A DNA stretch of 64,000 nt from an uncultured Actinomycetota bacterium (lineage in GTDB: Bacteria; Actinomycetota; Actinomycetes; Mycobacteriales; CADCTP01): positions 170,179 through 234,178 of the forward strand of contig CAWATS010000014.1 of assembly GCA_963785005.1 (NCBI GenBank), in the 5' to 3' direction. The notes beneath the pieces are model-generated. The model made no database searches. It worked only from the letters and a program-made list of their open reading frames with translations, and was not told the DNA's origin. Position 1 is the stretch's first letter; the number at the start of each line of letters is the position of its first letter. Both the position numbers and the translations under genes were made by a program. Positions 18,149 to 27,609 of the stretch are shown here, piece by piece.

Positions 18149-18937
18149 TCAGCTCCACGACCGGCGGGCGGCGACGGCGAGGTTGGCGATCGCCACCAGG
18201 CCCACGAGGGTCACCACCAGGGGTGTCGTGATCGGTCCGCGCGGTGCCGGCGGGGCGAGCGTGTGCGCCTCCGTCGGTGCGACCAGGCCGGTGCTCTCCA
18301 GCAGCGACATGTGCCGCATCACCACCTCCACGGCGGTCTCCGCGAACGGCCGGACGGCGGTGTTCCGCGTCGTCGCCCGCGCCTCGGACACGACGCTGAA
18401 CACCCGGCCGTGCGCGACCCGCAATCGGTTCGCGAACGCGACGTCGAAGTCGCTGCCCCGCAGCTCGGAGAGCTCGGCCATCCAGCTCCGCTGGTCGGAG
18501 TTGGGCTGGTCGGGGAGTGGGACCTGCAGCTTGCGAGCGAGCTGGCGAACCTGCTCGTCGAGCCGCCGGTGGTCGGCGGCCAGCAGCCGGCCCACCTCCT
18601 TGACCCGCCGGTTGCCCGCGTGGGTCTGTGCCTGATCGCCCGTCGGGATCTCCCAGAGACCGGCCAGTCGGACGCGCACCAGCAGGTCCCGGTCACTCGC
18701 CGTGAGCGGCCCCCAGGAGGTGTCGGACGTCACGTCTGGTGCGGCAGCCGCCACGCCCGGGCCCAGCGGCGTGTCCTGGCCGGGGCCGGACAGCCAGCCC
18801 ACCGTCAGGACGGCCACTGTGCCGGTCACCAGCAGGTTTCCGAGCCGGAGCCACCGGTGGCGCCTTTCCCGCCGAGCGGAAAGGGCCGGTCGGGCCGGCC
18901 GCCGCGACGCACATGCGGCGGGACAATCCTCGGGCAT
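18149..18937 (-). CDS. DUF4142 (ferritin-like) protein with N- and C-terminal hydrophobic segments
   Basis: DRDLLVRVRLAGLWEIP, VKEVGRLLAADHRRLD, LRGSDFDVAFANRLRVAHG, VMRHMSLLE. Confidence 0.87.
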   Translation of the reverse strand: MPEDCPAACASRRPARPALSARRERRHRWLRLGNLLVTGTVAVLTVGWLSGPGQDTPLGPGVAAAAPDVTSDTSWGPLTASDRDLLVRVRLAGLWEIPTGDQAQTHAGNRRVKEVGRLLAADHRRLDEQVRQLARKLQVPLPDQPNSDQRSWMAELSELRGSDFDVAFANRLRVAHGRVFSVVSEARATTRNTAVRPFAETAVEVVMRHMSLLESTGLVAPTEAHTLAPPAPRGPITTPLVVTLVGLVAIANLAVAARRSWS

Positions 18938-19211
18938 CCATCCTCCGGGTCTATTTCCCGTGTCCGTCGGGTGGTGCGACGACTAATGTGAGCACCGATG
19001 CGTCGGTGCTCCGGTTGGCGGTCGGCGGTCGGGCGACCACGGGGGCGGTGCGTCGCGCCCCGGCTGGGTCCCGGCCGGCGGATAACTCCGCCGCCTCGTG
19101 CTGAGCGGGGATCAACCTGGCAGCCGTTCGGCCCAGAATCAATACCCCTCACGAAATTCGTAATGGTTAACTTCGGAACGTTACTTAGCCCATCTGAGTG
19201 ACGGAGGGCGC

Positions 19212-19255
19212 TTGCGACCGGCGCGGTCGTGCGGCAGAATCGAACATGTGTTCGA
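19212..19255 (+). promoter_or_regulatory. SigA-type promoter with overlapping LexA (SOS) box
   Basis: -35 TTGCGA (19212-17), 17-nt spacer, -10 CAGAAT (19235-40), then TCGAAC-ATGT-GTTCGA at 19240-19255. Confidence 0.85.
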
Positions 19256-19269
19256 CTCCGGAGGTGGCC

Positions 19270-19728
19270 GTGCCGAGCCGCCCGCTCACCCGCGACCGGG
19301 CCGCCGAGGTGCGGCTGCACACCTGGGCAGGCACCCACGCGAGCAAGGTCGTGAAGCGGACGATGAGCCGCGCGGCGGCGGTCGCCGTGCTCTCGCTGAT
19401 CGCGCCGTGCCGGCCGGAGCTGGTGCGGCTGGTGATCGACCGGATCGCCTCCGGGAGCCCGACGGCCGCGGACTGGCCACCGCGGTCCGTGCAGCTCGAC
19501 CTGCTCCGCTCGGCCGAACGGGTGGCACTGGGTCTCGTGCCTCTCGCCGGGCCGGAGGGCGTGTCCGTGGAGCAGGTCACCTACGCGGACAAGCTCGGCT
19601 ACCGCCGCCGCGTGCTGCGGTTGCGCCGGCACGGCGTCGTCGTCGGCGACTACGGCACCGTCGAGGAGCTCTCCCGGCACGTCGACCTCGCCGCGTTGCG
19701 TGAGGACGACGGCCACCCGCCCGACTGA
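19270..19728 (+). CDS. Hypothetical protein, putatively LexA-regulated
   Basis: GGAGGT RBS before GTG 19270. Normal amino-acid composition. No family recognised with confidence. Confidence 0.78.
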   Translation: MPSRPLTRDRAAEVRLHTWAGTHASKVVKRTMSRAAAVAVLSLIAPCRPELVRLVIDRIASGSPTAADWPPRSVQLDLLRSAERVALGLVPLAGPEGVSVEQVTYADKLGYRRRVLRLRRHGVVVGDYGTVEELSRHVDLAALREDDGHPPD

Positions 19729-19759
19729 CGGGGTTGCGGCCTGGAGTTGACTGTCCGGC

Positions 19760-20863
19760 ATGAGCGTCGTCATCGCCGTGGGCACCCGGAAGGGACTGTG
19801 GGTCGCCAGGTCCGATGCCGAGGGGGAGTGGGCCCTCGCCGGACCGAGCCTGCCGATGCGGGAGGTGCCGGCGCTCGCGTTCCTGCCTGATCCCGCCGGC
19901 GGGGTGCCGGAGCTGCTCGCCGGCGTCCGCAGCGAGCACTGGGGCCCGACGGTCGCCCGCTCCGCGGACCTGGGCGACACCTGGCAGGAGACCGAGCAGG
20001 CAGCGGTGCGCTTTCCCGCGGAGACCGGGGCCGCGCTGGAGCGGATCTGGCAGGTGCAGCCCGACCCGGCCCGCCCCGACGTGGTGTGGGCCGGCTGCGA
20101 GCCGACGTCGCTGTGGCGCAGTGGCGACGGCGGCCGGAGCTTCACGCTGGTCGAGGGCCTGTGGGAGCACCCGCACCGGGCGAGCTGGCTCCCCGGCGCC
20201 GGCGGCGCGGCCGTGCACACGATCGTCCCGGACCCGGCGGACGCCGACCGGGTGCTGGTCGCGATGAGCACCGGCGGGGTGTACGCGAGCGGCGACGGCG
20301 GCGCGAGCTGGGAGCCGCGCAACCGGGGCATCCGGGCCGGGTTCCTGCCCGAGCCGGAGCCGGAGCACGGCCAGTGCGTGCACAAGATCGCGGCCGACGC
20401 CGGCGGCCCGCAGCGGTTGTACGCGCAGAACCACGGCGGCGTCTACCGCACCGACGACGCCGGCCGGCGCTGGACCTCGATCGACGCCGGCCTGCCGGCG
20501 GACTTCGGCTTCCCCGTGCTCGCCCACCCCGGGCGGCCCGGGGTCGCCTGGGTCGTGCCGCTGGTCGCGGACGAGCACCGGCTCCCGCCGGGTGGCCGGC
20601 TGCGGCTGCACCGCACCGAGGACGCGGGCGAGTCCTGGCGCGAGGTGGGACGCGGCCTTCCGGACCAGTCGTGGACCGTCGTGCTCCGCGACGCCGCCTG
20701 CGTGCTGGCGCCCGACCCGGCCGCGCCCGACGGGCCGGCCGTGCTCGCCCTCGGCACCCGGGACGGCTGCGTGTACCTGAGCGCCGACTCCGGGGACTCG
20801 TTCGTGCAGGTCGCGGCGCACCTGCCCGACGTGCTCTGCGTACGGGCGGCTGCGGTGCCGTGA
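19760..20863 (+). CDS. BNR/Asp-box beta-propeller (sialidase-like) protein
   Basis: VGTRKGLW, Asp-boxes SADLGDTW, SGDGGRSF, SGDGGASW, TDDAGRRW, TEDAGESW, SADSGDSF, and GQCVHKI..YAQNHGGVY. No signal peptide. Confidence 0.9.
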   Translation: MSVVIAVGTRKGLWVARSDAEGEWALAGPSLPMREVPALAFLPDPAGGVPELLAGVRSEHWGPTVARSADLGDTWQETEQAAVRFPAETGAALERIWQVQPDPARPDVVWAGCEPTSLWRSGDGGRSFTLVEGLWEHPHRASWLPGAGGAAVHTIVPDPADADRVLVAMSTGGVYASGDGGASWEPRNRGIRAGFLPEPEPEHGQCVHKIAADAGGPQRLYAQNHGGVYRTDDAGRRWTSIDAGLPADFGFPVLAHPGRPGVAWVVPLVADEHRLPPGGRLRLHRTEDAGESWREVGRGLPDQSWTVVLRDAACVLAPDPAAPDGPAVLALGTRDGCVYLSADSGDSFVQVAAHLPDVLCVRAAAVP

Positions 20864-20924
20864 CCGGGGACAGCGACCCCGGCGTGGCCGGGCTGGGCGG
20901 CGCGCCCGCCGGAGTGGCACAGCC

Positions 20925-21212
20925 GTGAGCAGGATCGTGGTGCGGTTGCCGGCGGTGCTGGCCGAGCACGCGGAGGGCCGGCGCTCGGTCGAGGTCGAGG
21001 TGGCGGCGGGCGGCACGGTGGGGCAGGTCCTCGACGCGCTCACCGGGCCCCGGCCTCGGCTGGCCTGGCGGATGCGGGACGAGACCGGCGCCCTGCGCCG
21101 CCACGTCAACGTGTACGTCGGCGAGGACGACATCCGGGCCGCCGCCGGGCTCGGCACCCCGGTGTCGGACGGCGACGTCGTCACCGTGCTCCCGTCCGTC
21201 GCCGGCGGCTGA
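20925..21212 (+). CDS. MoaD/ThiS family ubiquitin-like protein
   Basis: Beta-grasp pattern LRRHVNVYVGEDDIR and C-terminal LPSVAGG. Confidence 0.93.
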   Translation: MSRIVVRLPAVLAEHAEGRRSVEVEVAAGGTVGQVLDALTGPRPRLAWRMRDETGALRRHVNVYVGEDDIRAAAGLGTPVSDGDVVTVLPSVAGG

Positions 21213-21302
21213 TCCCGGCGCTGGTCCCGGCGGCTGGTCCGGCGCTGGTCCGGGCGGCTGGTTCCGGCGGCTGGTCCGGGTGGCTGGGTCCGGGCGGCTG
21301 GC
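21213..21302. repeat. Degenerate 11-13-bp tandem repeat directly after the MoaD stop
   Basis: About seven units of TCC(C/G)GGC(G)GCTGG. Confidence 0.78.
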
Positions 21303-21362
21303 CCCGCACCGTGCCGGGGGTGGACGATCACCGCACGGCTTCCACGGCCTAGGGGGTGAGCC

Positions 21363-22448
21363 GTGACGGCAGCGGACCGGGCACCGCGCCGGCTCGCGCG
21401 CTCCGGCGCGCTCCGGCTGGTGCTGTCCGTCGTGCTGGCCGTCGTGCTCGTCTGGTTCGTCGCCACCAAGGTGGACCTCGCCAGCGCGCTGGCGGCGATA
21501 CGGGCGATGAGCTGGCTCGAGCTCGCCACGATCGCCGCCGTCACCGCCTGGAACCTGGTGACCTACTGGGTGCTGTGGATCGCGGCGACCCCGGGACTGC
21601 ACTGGCCGCAGGCGGTGACGCTGGCCCAGTCCGGCACGGCGCTGACCAACACGGTGCCGGGCGGGTCGGCGCTCGGCGTGCGGCTGGCGTACGAGATGCT
21701 CGACTCCTGGGGCTTCTCCCGGGGGCGCAGCAGTCAGGCGGTGCTGGTGACCGGTGCGTGGAACATGGCGATCAAGCTGAGCCTGCCCGTCCTCGCCGTG
21801 GCGTTGCTGGCCCTGCAGGGCGATGCGACCGGGACCCGATTGACGGCCGGGATCGTCGCGACCGGCGTGCTCGCGGTGGCGGCGGGCCTGGCCGGCCTGG
21901 TGTTCCGCGGGGACGGCACGGCCCGGCGGCTGGGTGCGACGGCCGGGCTGGTGGTCAGCCGGGCCTGCCGGCCCGTCGGCCTCCACCCGACCGTCTCCCG
22001 CTGGGGACAGTCGACAGTGGACTTCCGCGCCAAGACGGTCGAGCTGCTGCGGCGTCGCTGGGCGCCGATCACCGCGGCCGCCGCCGTCAGCCATCTGTCG
22101 CTCTATCTCGTGCTGCTGGTGACCCTGCGGCACGTCGGGGTGACCGACGCGGCGGTGGGCTGGGCCGAGGTGCTCTTCGTCTTCGCCACCACCCGCGCCC
22201 TCACCGCGGTCCGGATCACGCCCGGCGGCGCCGGCGTGGTCGAGGCACTGCTGATCGGCGGGCTCACCGCGGCCGGCGGCGTCGCGGCCACCGTGACGGC
22301 CGCGGTGCTGGTCTACCGTGCCCTCACCTGGCTGCTGCCGGTGCCGCTGGGCGGGCTGACCTGGCTCGGCTGGCGGCTGAGCAAGGCCCGGCGGGACGGG
22401 GTCGCCGGCGCGGCTCCGGCCGAGGCGACCCGGGTGGCCGGCGCGTGA
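21363..22448 (+). CDS. LPG-synthase TM / YbhN (UPF0104) flippase-like membrane protein
   Basis: NTVPGGSALG, ITPGGAGVVEALLIGGL, AVLVYRALTWLLPVPLG, and many TM helices. Confidence 0.9.
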   Translation: MTAADRAPRRLARSGALRLVLSVVLAVVLVWFVATKVDLASALAAIRAMSWLELATIAAVTAWNLVTYWVLWIAATPGLHWPQAVTLAQSGTALTNTVPGGSALGVRLAYEMLDSWGFSRGRSSQAVLVTGAWNMAIKLSLPVLAVALLALQGDATGTRLTAGIVATGVLAVAAGLAGLVFRGDGTARRLGATAGLVVSRACRPVGLHPTVSRWGQSTVDFRAKTVELLRRRWAPITAAAAVSHLSLYLVLLVTLRHVGVTDAAVGWAEVLFVFATTRALTAVRITPGGAGVVEALLIGGLTAAGGVAATVTAAVLVYRALTWLLPVPLGGLTWLGWRLSKARRDGVAGAAPAEATRVAGA

Positions 22449-24848
22449 CGGCACCCGGAAGCTGGCCGCTGGTCCTCTGTGGACCGATGCTCCGCCGGGT
22501 GGAACCCGGCGCGGTCAGCGTCTTCGTCGCCTGCGCGCACGCCCGCACGGTGAGCCTGTCCGTCTACGACGGAGCGGTGGCGGACCCGACCCGGCTGCTG
22601 CACGTCGAGCAGGACCGCACCCGACCGCTGGGCCGCTTCCTCCACGCCGTCGTGGTGACCGCGCGACCGGCGGTCCCGTTCCCGGCCGGCCGGATCCTCG
22701 GCTACGACCTCGCCTTCGGGCTCCCGGCCGGGACCGCGGGCGGTCCGGCCGGCCCCGCCGGCCCCGCCGGCACCGAGGGCACCGCCGGCACCGCTGGCAG
22801 CGAGGGCACCGGCGGCACCGGCGGCACCGGCAGCGAGCGGCACCGCCGGCAGCGAGGGCACCGGCGGTCCCCGGGACGCGGACCTCGGCTCGCTCGGCCT
22901 GCTGGACGGCCCCGGCGGGCTCGGCTACGCCGACGGCCGGCTGCCGGCGGCCGTGGTGCCGCCGGAGCGGCTGGCCGACGTCCGGATCGCGCACGGGTCG
23001 TGCCGCAAGCCGCACGCGCAGCGGCGGGACGCGCTGGCCACCCTGGACCGGATCCTCCGCGCCTCGCACGGCGCGGCGCCCGCGCGGCCGCAGCAGCTCT
23101 TCCTCACCGGCGACCAGATCTACGCCGACGACGTCGAGCCCTCGGTGCTGGCCCTGGCCGGCCGGGTCGGGTCGGCGGCGCTCGGCTGGGAGCGGCCGGA
23201 GGCGCTGCCGGGCGTGCCGGACGGCGACTTCGCGCTCGCGCCCGGCCGGCGGACCCTGCTGATGCGGCGGCGGGCCGGCTTCACCGCACCGGTCCTGCAC
23301 TCGCACCTGGTGTCGCTGGCCGAGTTCGTCGGCATGTACCTGCTCACGTGGAGCGAGCTGCTGTGGCCCATCGACGCCGCCGGTCGCCGGGGACCCCTCG
23401 AGCACGGAGCCGCGTTCGACGATCCGCGCTGGGCGGACCCGGCCCACCGGGGCAGCTACCGCGCGGCGGTGGCGCTCGCCCGCCGCAACCGCGACGATGT
23501 CGCCGGGTTCGTCCAGGGCCTGCCGCAGGTGCGGCGGGCCCTGGCCAACGTCGCGACGTACATGATCCTGGACGACCACGACGTGACCGACGACTGGAAC
23601 CTGCACCGGCAGTGGACGCGGACCGTGCACGGCCGCCCGCTCGGCCGTCGGGTCGTACAGAACGCGCTGGCCGCGTACGCGGTCTTCCAGGGCTGGGGCA
23701 ACGAGCCGGACCGGTACGCGCCCGGCGAGCCGGGCGGCCGGCTGCTGGCCGCGCTGGGCCGGTGGCGCGGCGCCGCGGACCCGACCGCGGAGGCGATCGC
23801 GGCGGCCGTCGGGTTGCCGTCCGCCGACCCGTCGCCGCGGATCGACTGGGACTACGCCGTCGACACCCCGGCGTACCAGGTGATCGTCCTCGACACCCGG
23901 ACCCGGCGGGGCTTCCGCGCCGGTGGCACCGGGCGCGCCGCCCCGGCCCTGCTCAGCGACGAGGCGCGGGAGGCGCAGCTGACCCGCCGGCTGCGCGCGC
24001 GGCGCCGGGAGGTGCCGCTGACGGTCGTCGTCTCGGCGGCACCGGTCTTCGGGCACCCGCTCGTCGAGGTGTGGCTGCAGCTGAAGAAGATCAAGGCCAT
24101 CGAGTGGATCCCCGGCGCGCCGGCCGCGGTGGACCGGGAGGCGTGGTCGCTGGACCCGACCGCGTACGAGGCGCTGCTCGCCACCCTGGTGCCGTTCCGC
24201 CGGGTGGTGATCCTGTCCGGCGACGTGCACTACGGCTTCGCCGGCGCGGTGGACTACCGGGACCTCCGCGGCGGGGAACGGGCCCGCTTCGTGCAGCTCA
24301 CCTCCAGCCCGCTGCGCAACGAGGAGCTGCGCTCCCGACTGCTCGGCGGGGTGCCGACCGTGTCCAGGGTGCCGGCCGTGCTGGGCAGCCGGGTCGAGCG
24401 GCTGGTGAGAAGGGTCACCACCCCACCGTCGGTCTCCTGGTCGGGGTGGCCGGCCGCGCGGCGGCGGTGGCCTCGGAGCACGGCCCCGCTCGTGCTGGCG
24501 CGGACGCTCGCCGGGGTGCCCGCCCGGCTCGGCGAGCCGGACTGGGCGTACACGGTGGACTTCGGCTCGGACCGGCGGGCCGGGGCGCCGGTGTCGGGCC
24601 GGTCCGACCCGGAGCACGAGCGCGCGGCGGCGCTGCGAGGCCAGCACTCGTGGGCCTTCATGACCGTCCTCGTGGGCCGCAACAACATCGGCGACGTCGA
24701 GTTCCTCGCCCCGGGTCCGGACGGGACACCGGGCGTGGTGCGGCAGTCGCTGTGGTTCGACAAGAGCTCGATCCGCGCCGGCGACGAGCCGGAGCGGCTG
24801 CCGTACACCGTCTACGACCTGCCGCTCGACCTCCCCGAGGAGGAGTGA
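22445..24848 (+). CDS. PhoD-like metallophosphoesterase without signal peptide, frameshift near 22840
   Basis: PLVLCGPMLRRVEP N-terminus, AHGSCRKPH, FLTGDQIYADD, YMILDDHDVTDDWN, VLDTRTRR, ILSGDVHY, QLTSSP. The Gly/Thr repeat at 22730-22870 holds the frame break. Confidence 0.87.
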
Positions 24849-24850
24849 CG

Positions 24851-25288
24851 ATGGCCTCGCTGCCCGCGTGGGTACGTTCGGAGCTGCGTTGGAAGCTGCT
24901 GCTGGCCCGGCTGGTGGTCAGCGTCCTCGCCGTGGTGGTGACCGTGGTGCTCGTTCCCGGCCTGTCGATCGACGGCGACTTCTGGCCCTGGGCGCTCGTC
25001 CTCGGCGCCGTCTTCGGCGTGCTGAACGGCGTGGTCAAGCCCATCCTGCAGGTGCTGACCATCCGCTACCTCTTCCTGTCCTGGGGGCTGGTGCTGCTGG
25101 CCATCAACATCGCCACCCTCTGGCTGCTCGAGGCGCTGGTCAGCCCGCTGGACATCGACGGCGCCCTCAGCCTGGTGTTCGGCGGCCTGGTGCTCGGCCT
25201 GCTGGTGCCGGTGCTGGAGACGCTCATCGGCCTCGGCCGGCCGATCGTCGAGCGGGCGACCCCGTCCGCCGGCGCGGGAGCGCGCTGA
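24851..25288 (+). CDS. YvlD-like 4-TMS 'phage holin family' membrane protein
   Basis: LVPGLSIDG..FGVLNGVVKPILQVLT..GLVLLAIN pattern. GGAGGAG upstream of ATG 24851. Confidence 0.87.
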   Translation: MASLPAWVRSELRWKLLLARLVVSVLAVVVTVVLVPGLSIDGDFWPWALVLGAVFGVLNGVVKPILQVLTIRYLFLSWGLVLLAINIATLWLLEALVSPLDIDGALSLVFGGLVLGLLVPVLETLIGLGRPIVERATPSAGAGAR

Positions 25289-26974
25289 TGCCCGCCGGGC
25301 CCGGAGCCGCCGCGTTGGAGAGCGTCCGGCTCGCCCAGGTCTACAACGTGGTCCTGCGCTACGCGCTGGACGCGGCGGTCGACCACGGCCCGCTGGCCGG
25401 CGCCCGGCGGCGGCTGCAGTTCTGGCTGCACGACGTCCATCAGGAGCCGGTCGCGCTGGGCACCGCCACCAAGGCGCGGCTGCTGCTGCAGGAGCTCGGC
25501 CCGACGTACGTCAAGGTCGGCCAGCTGGTGTCCAGCCAGTCGCAGGTGCTGCCGGACGACTGGGAGCGCGAGCTGGCCCGGCTGCGGCAGGACGTCGCGA
25601 CGTTCCCGTACGAGGACGTCCGCCGGATCGTCACCGAGGACCTGGGGGCGCCGCCGGAACAGCTCTACGAGCGGTTCGACGAGACTCCGCTGGCGGCCGC
25701 CTCGCTCGGGCAGGTGCACCGCGCCCGGGTGGACGGCGCGGAGGTCGTGGTCAAGGTCCGGCGCCCGGGCGCGGCCCGCCGGGTGCGCGCCGACCTGGGC
25801 ATCATGCGCAACCTGACCCGGTTCCTGGAGCGGCAGGCAGCCTGGGCGCGGGAGGTCGGGCTGGCCGGGGTGGTCGACGAGTTCGGCCGGAACGTGCTGT
25901 CCGAGCTGGACTACAACGGCGAGGCGTACAACGCCCGCAGGCTGGCGGCGGCCGTGCGGGACGTGCCCGGCGTGGACGTCCCGGGGATCCACCGGGAGCT
26001 GTCCTCGACCCGGGTGCTGACGATGGACTTCGTCGACGGGGTGACGATCACCGACCTCGAGCGCGTCCGCCGCGCCGGCGTGGACCTCGAGACACTGTCC
26101 GAGCGCTTCCTCACCGCGGCCGTGCAGCAGCTGCTCGTGGACGGCTTCTTCCACGGCGACCCGCACCCCGGCAACGTGCTGGTCGACCTCGGCACGTCCA
26201 ATGTCTGCCTGATCGACCTCGGCATGTGCGGGCAGCTCTCGCTGCAGCAGCGCTTCACGCTGATCCAGCTCGTCGTCGTCGCCCGCCGCCAGGACGTCGC
26301 CGCGATGGCGCACGTCATGCGCGGCCTGAGCACGCCGTTCCGGCCGGTCGACGAGACCGGCTACCGGCGGGACTTCGAGCGCCGGGTCGGCCGCTTCCTC
26401 GACCCGGCAGCGAACGCTCCGCTCGCGGACGCGATGAGCATCGGCTTCGACGTGCTGCGGGACAACGGGCTGCGGCTGGACCCGTCCTTCACGCTGGCCG
26501 TCAAGGCGATGGTCCAGGCCGAGGTCATCGCGACCGCGCTGCAGCCTTCCGGCGGGATCCTCAGCCGCGGGTACGAGATCGCCGAGCGGCTGCTGCGGGA
26601 GCGGCTCGCGGGCGAGGAGCTCGGCAGGGCGGGCGCCCGCGGCGCGGAGGCAGCCCTGCTGGATCTGGTTCGCGAGGCGCCGGTCCTGCAGGTCGTGGCG
26701 CAGCACCTCGGACAGTCCGGCACGTCGGCGCCAGCGGCGCCCGCGACGGTGGTCGTCCCCGCCGCTCGCGAGCAGTCAGCGCACCTCGTCGCGGCCATCG
26801 TGCTGGTCGGGCTGCTGGTCGGTACCGGCATCGTGGCCGCCGCCGGGGCGATCGCGCCCGGCTGGGACTGGATCAGGACCGCCGCCGCCGTGGGCTTCCT
26901 CGGGGCGGTGGCCGGCGCCGCGGCTGCTGCTGCTCGGCGCGGCCCGCCGCATCATCCGCGACCGGGGCCGCTGA
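25288..26974 (+). CDS. ABC1/UbiB/AarF atypical kinase, probable frameshift near 26920
   Basis: ELGPTYVKVGQ, PLAAASLGQVHRA, VVVKVRRP, ELDY, FFHGDPHPGN, IDLGM. TGATG coupling to the upstream gene. The hydrophobic tail continues as LLLLGAARRIIRDRGR* in another frame. Confidence 0.9.
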
Positions 26975-27023
26975 GGCGCGCACCGGCGCAGGGCGCCCGG
27001 GACCGGCGTCGGCCGCGAGGCGG

Positions 27024-27609
27024 CTACTGGTCCAGCTCGAGCCGGCCGTCGCTCGCCTCCCGGACCTGCCGGGCCACGCTGTCCCGGCTGACGAAGCCGA
27101 GCGACTCCGAGACCGCCGCCACCGCCTCGGCCCGGGTGCTGCCGTGCAGGTCGAAGCGGTACGTCACGCAGCCGCCGCTGAACGTGTAGTACCGCTCGCC
27201 GCCGTACCCGGCGCTGACCCGGGTGACCCGCTCGTAGCGGCGCATCTCCGGCTGCTCGCTGGGCACCTCGGTCGCGCCGCTGATGTCGCAGGACGGTCTC
27301 AGGAAGATCGTCAGGGCGTGCACGCCCTCCCGGTCGGAGTTGAACGTGATGATCGTCTCGCCGTCCCTGGCGCCGAGCCCGCTGAAGGTCCAGCCGACCG
27401 GGACCTGCCGCACGCACGGCAGCCAGGCCGCGGTGGGCACCGACTGGGCGAACAGCACCGTCCCGCCGCGCACCGTGTCCGTCGTCGGCGCGCACAGCGG
27501 GCAGCCCGGCGGCCGTGCCGACGACCTCCACGTCGCCGCCACACCCGCTCGCCGCTCCGGCAGCGAGCCCGAGCGCGAGCAGCGCGAGGGCCCGTCGGGA
27601 CGGCCTCAC
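27024..27609 (-). CDS. Hypothetical lipoprotein, frameshift near 27510
   Basis: GTG coupled to the upstream stop, signal with ASGC lipobox in one frame. Globular part LFAQSVPTAAWLPCV...YTFSGGCVTYRF in ORF 27024-27542. Confidence 0.68.

Noticed and set aside
19760-21212. Ubiquitin-like anti-phage conjugation system
   Set aside because: No E1, E2 or JAB genes in the window, and the small protein is a typical MoaD/CysO-like carrier.
24851-25288. Holin as evidence of a prophage
   Set aside because: YvlD-like 4-TMS proteins are common chromosomal membrane proteins. There is no endolysin, structural or integrase gene nearby.
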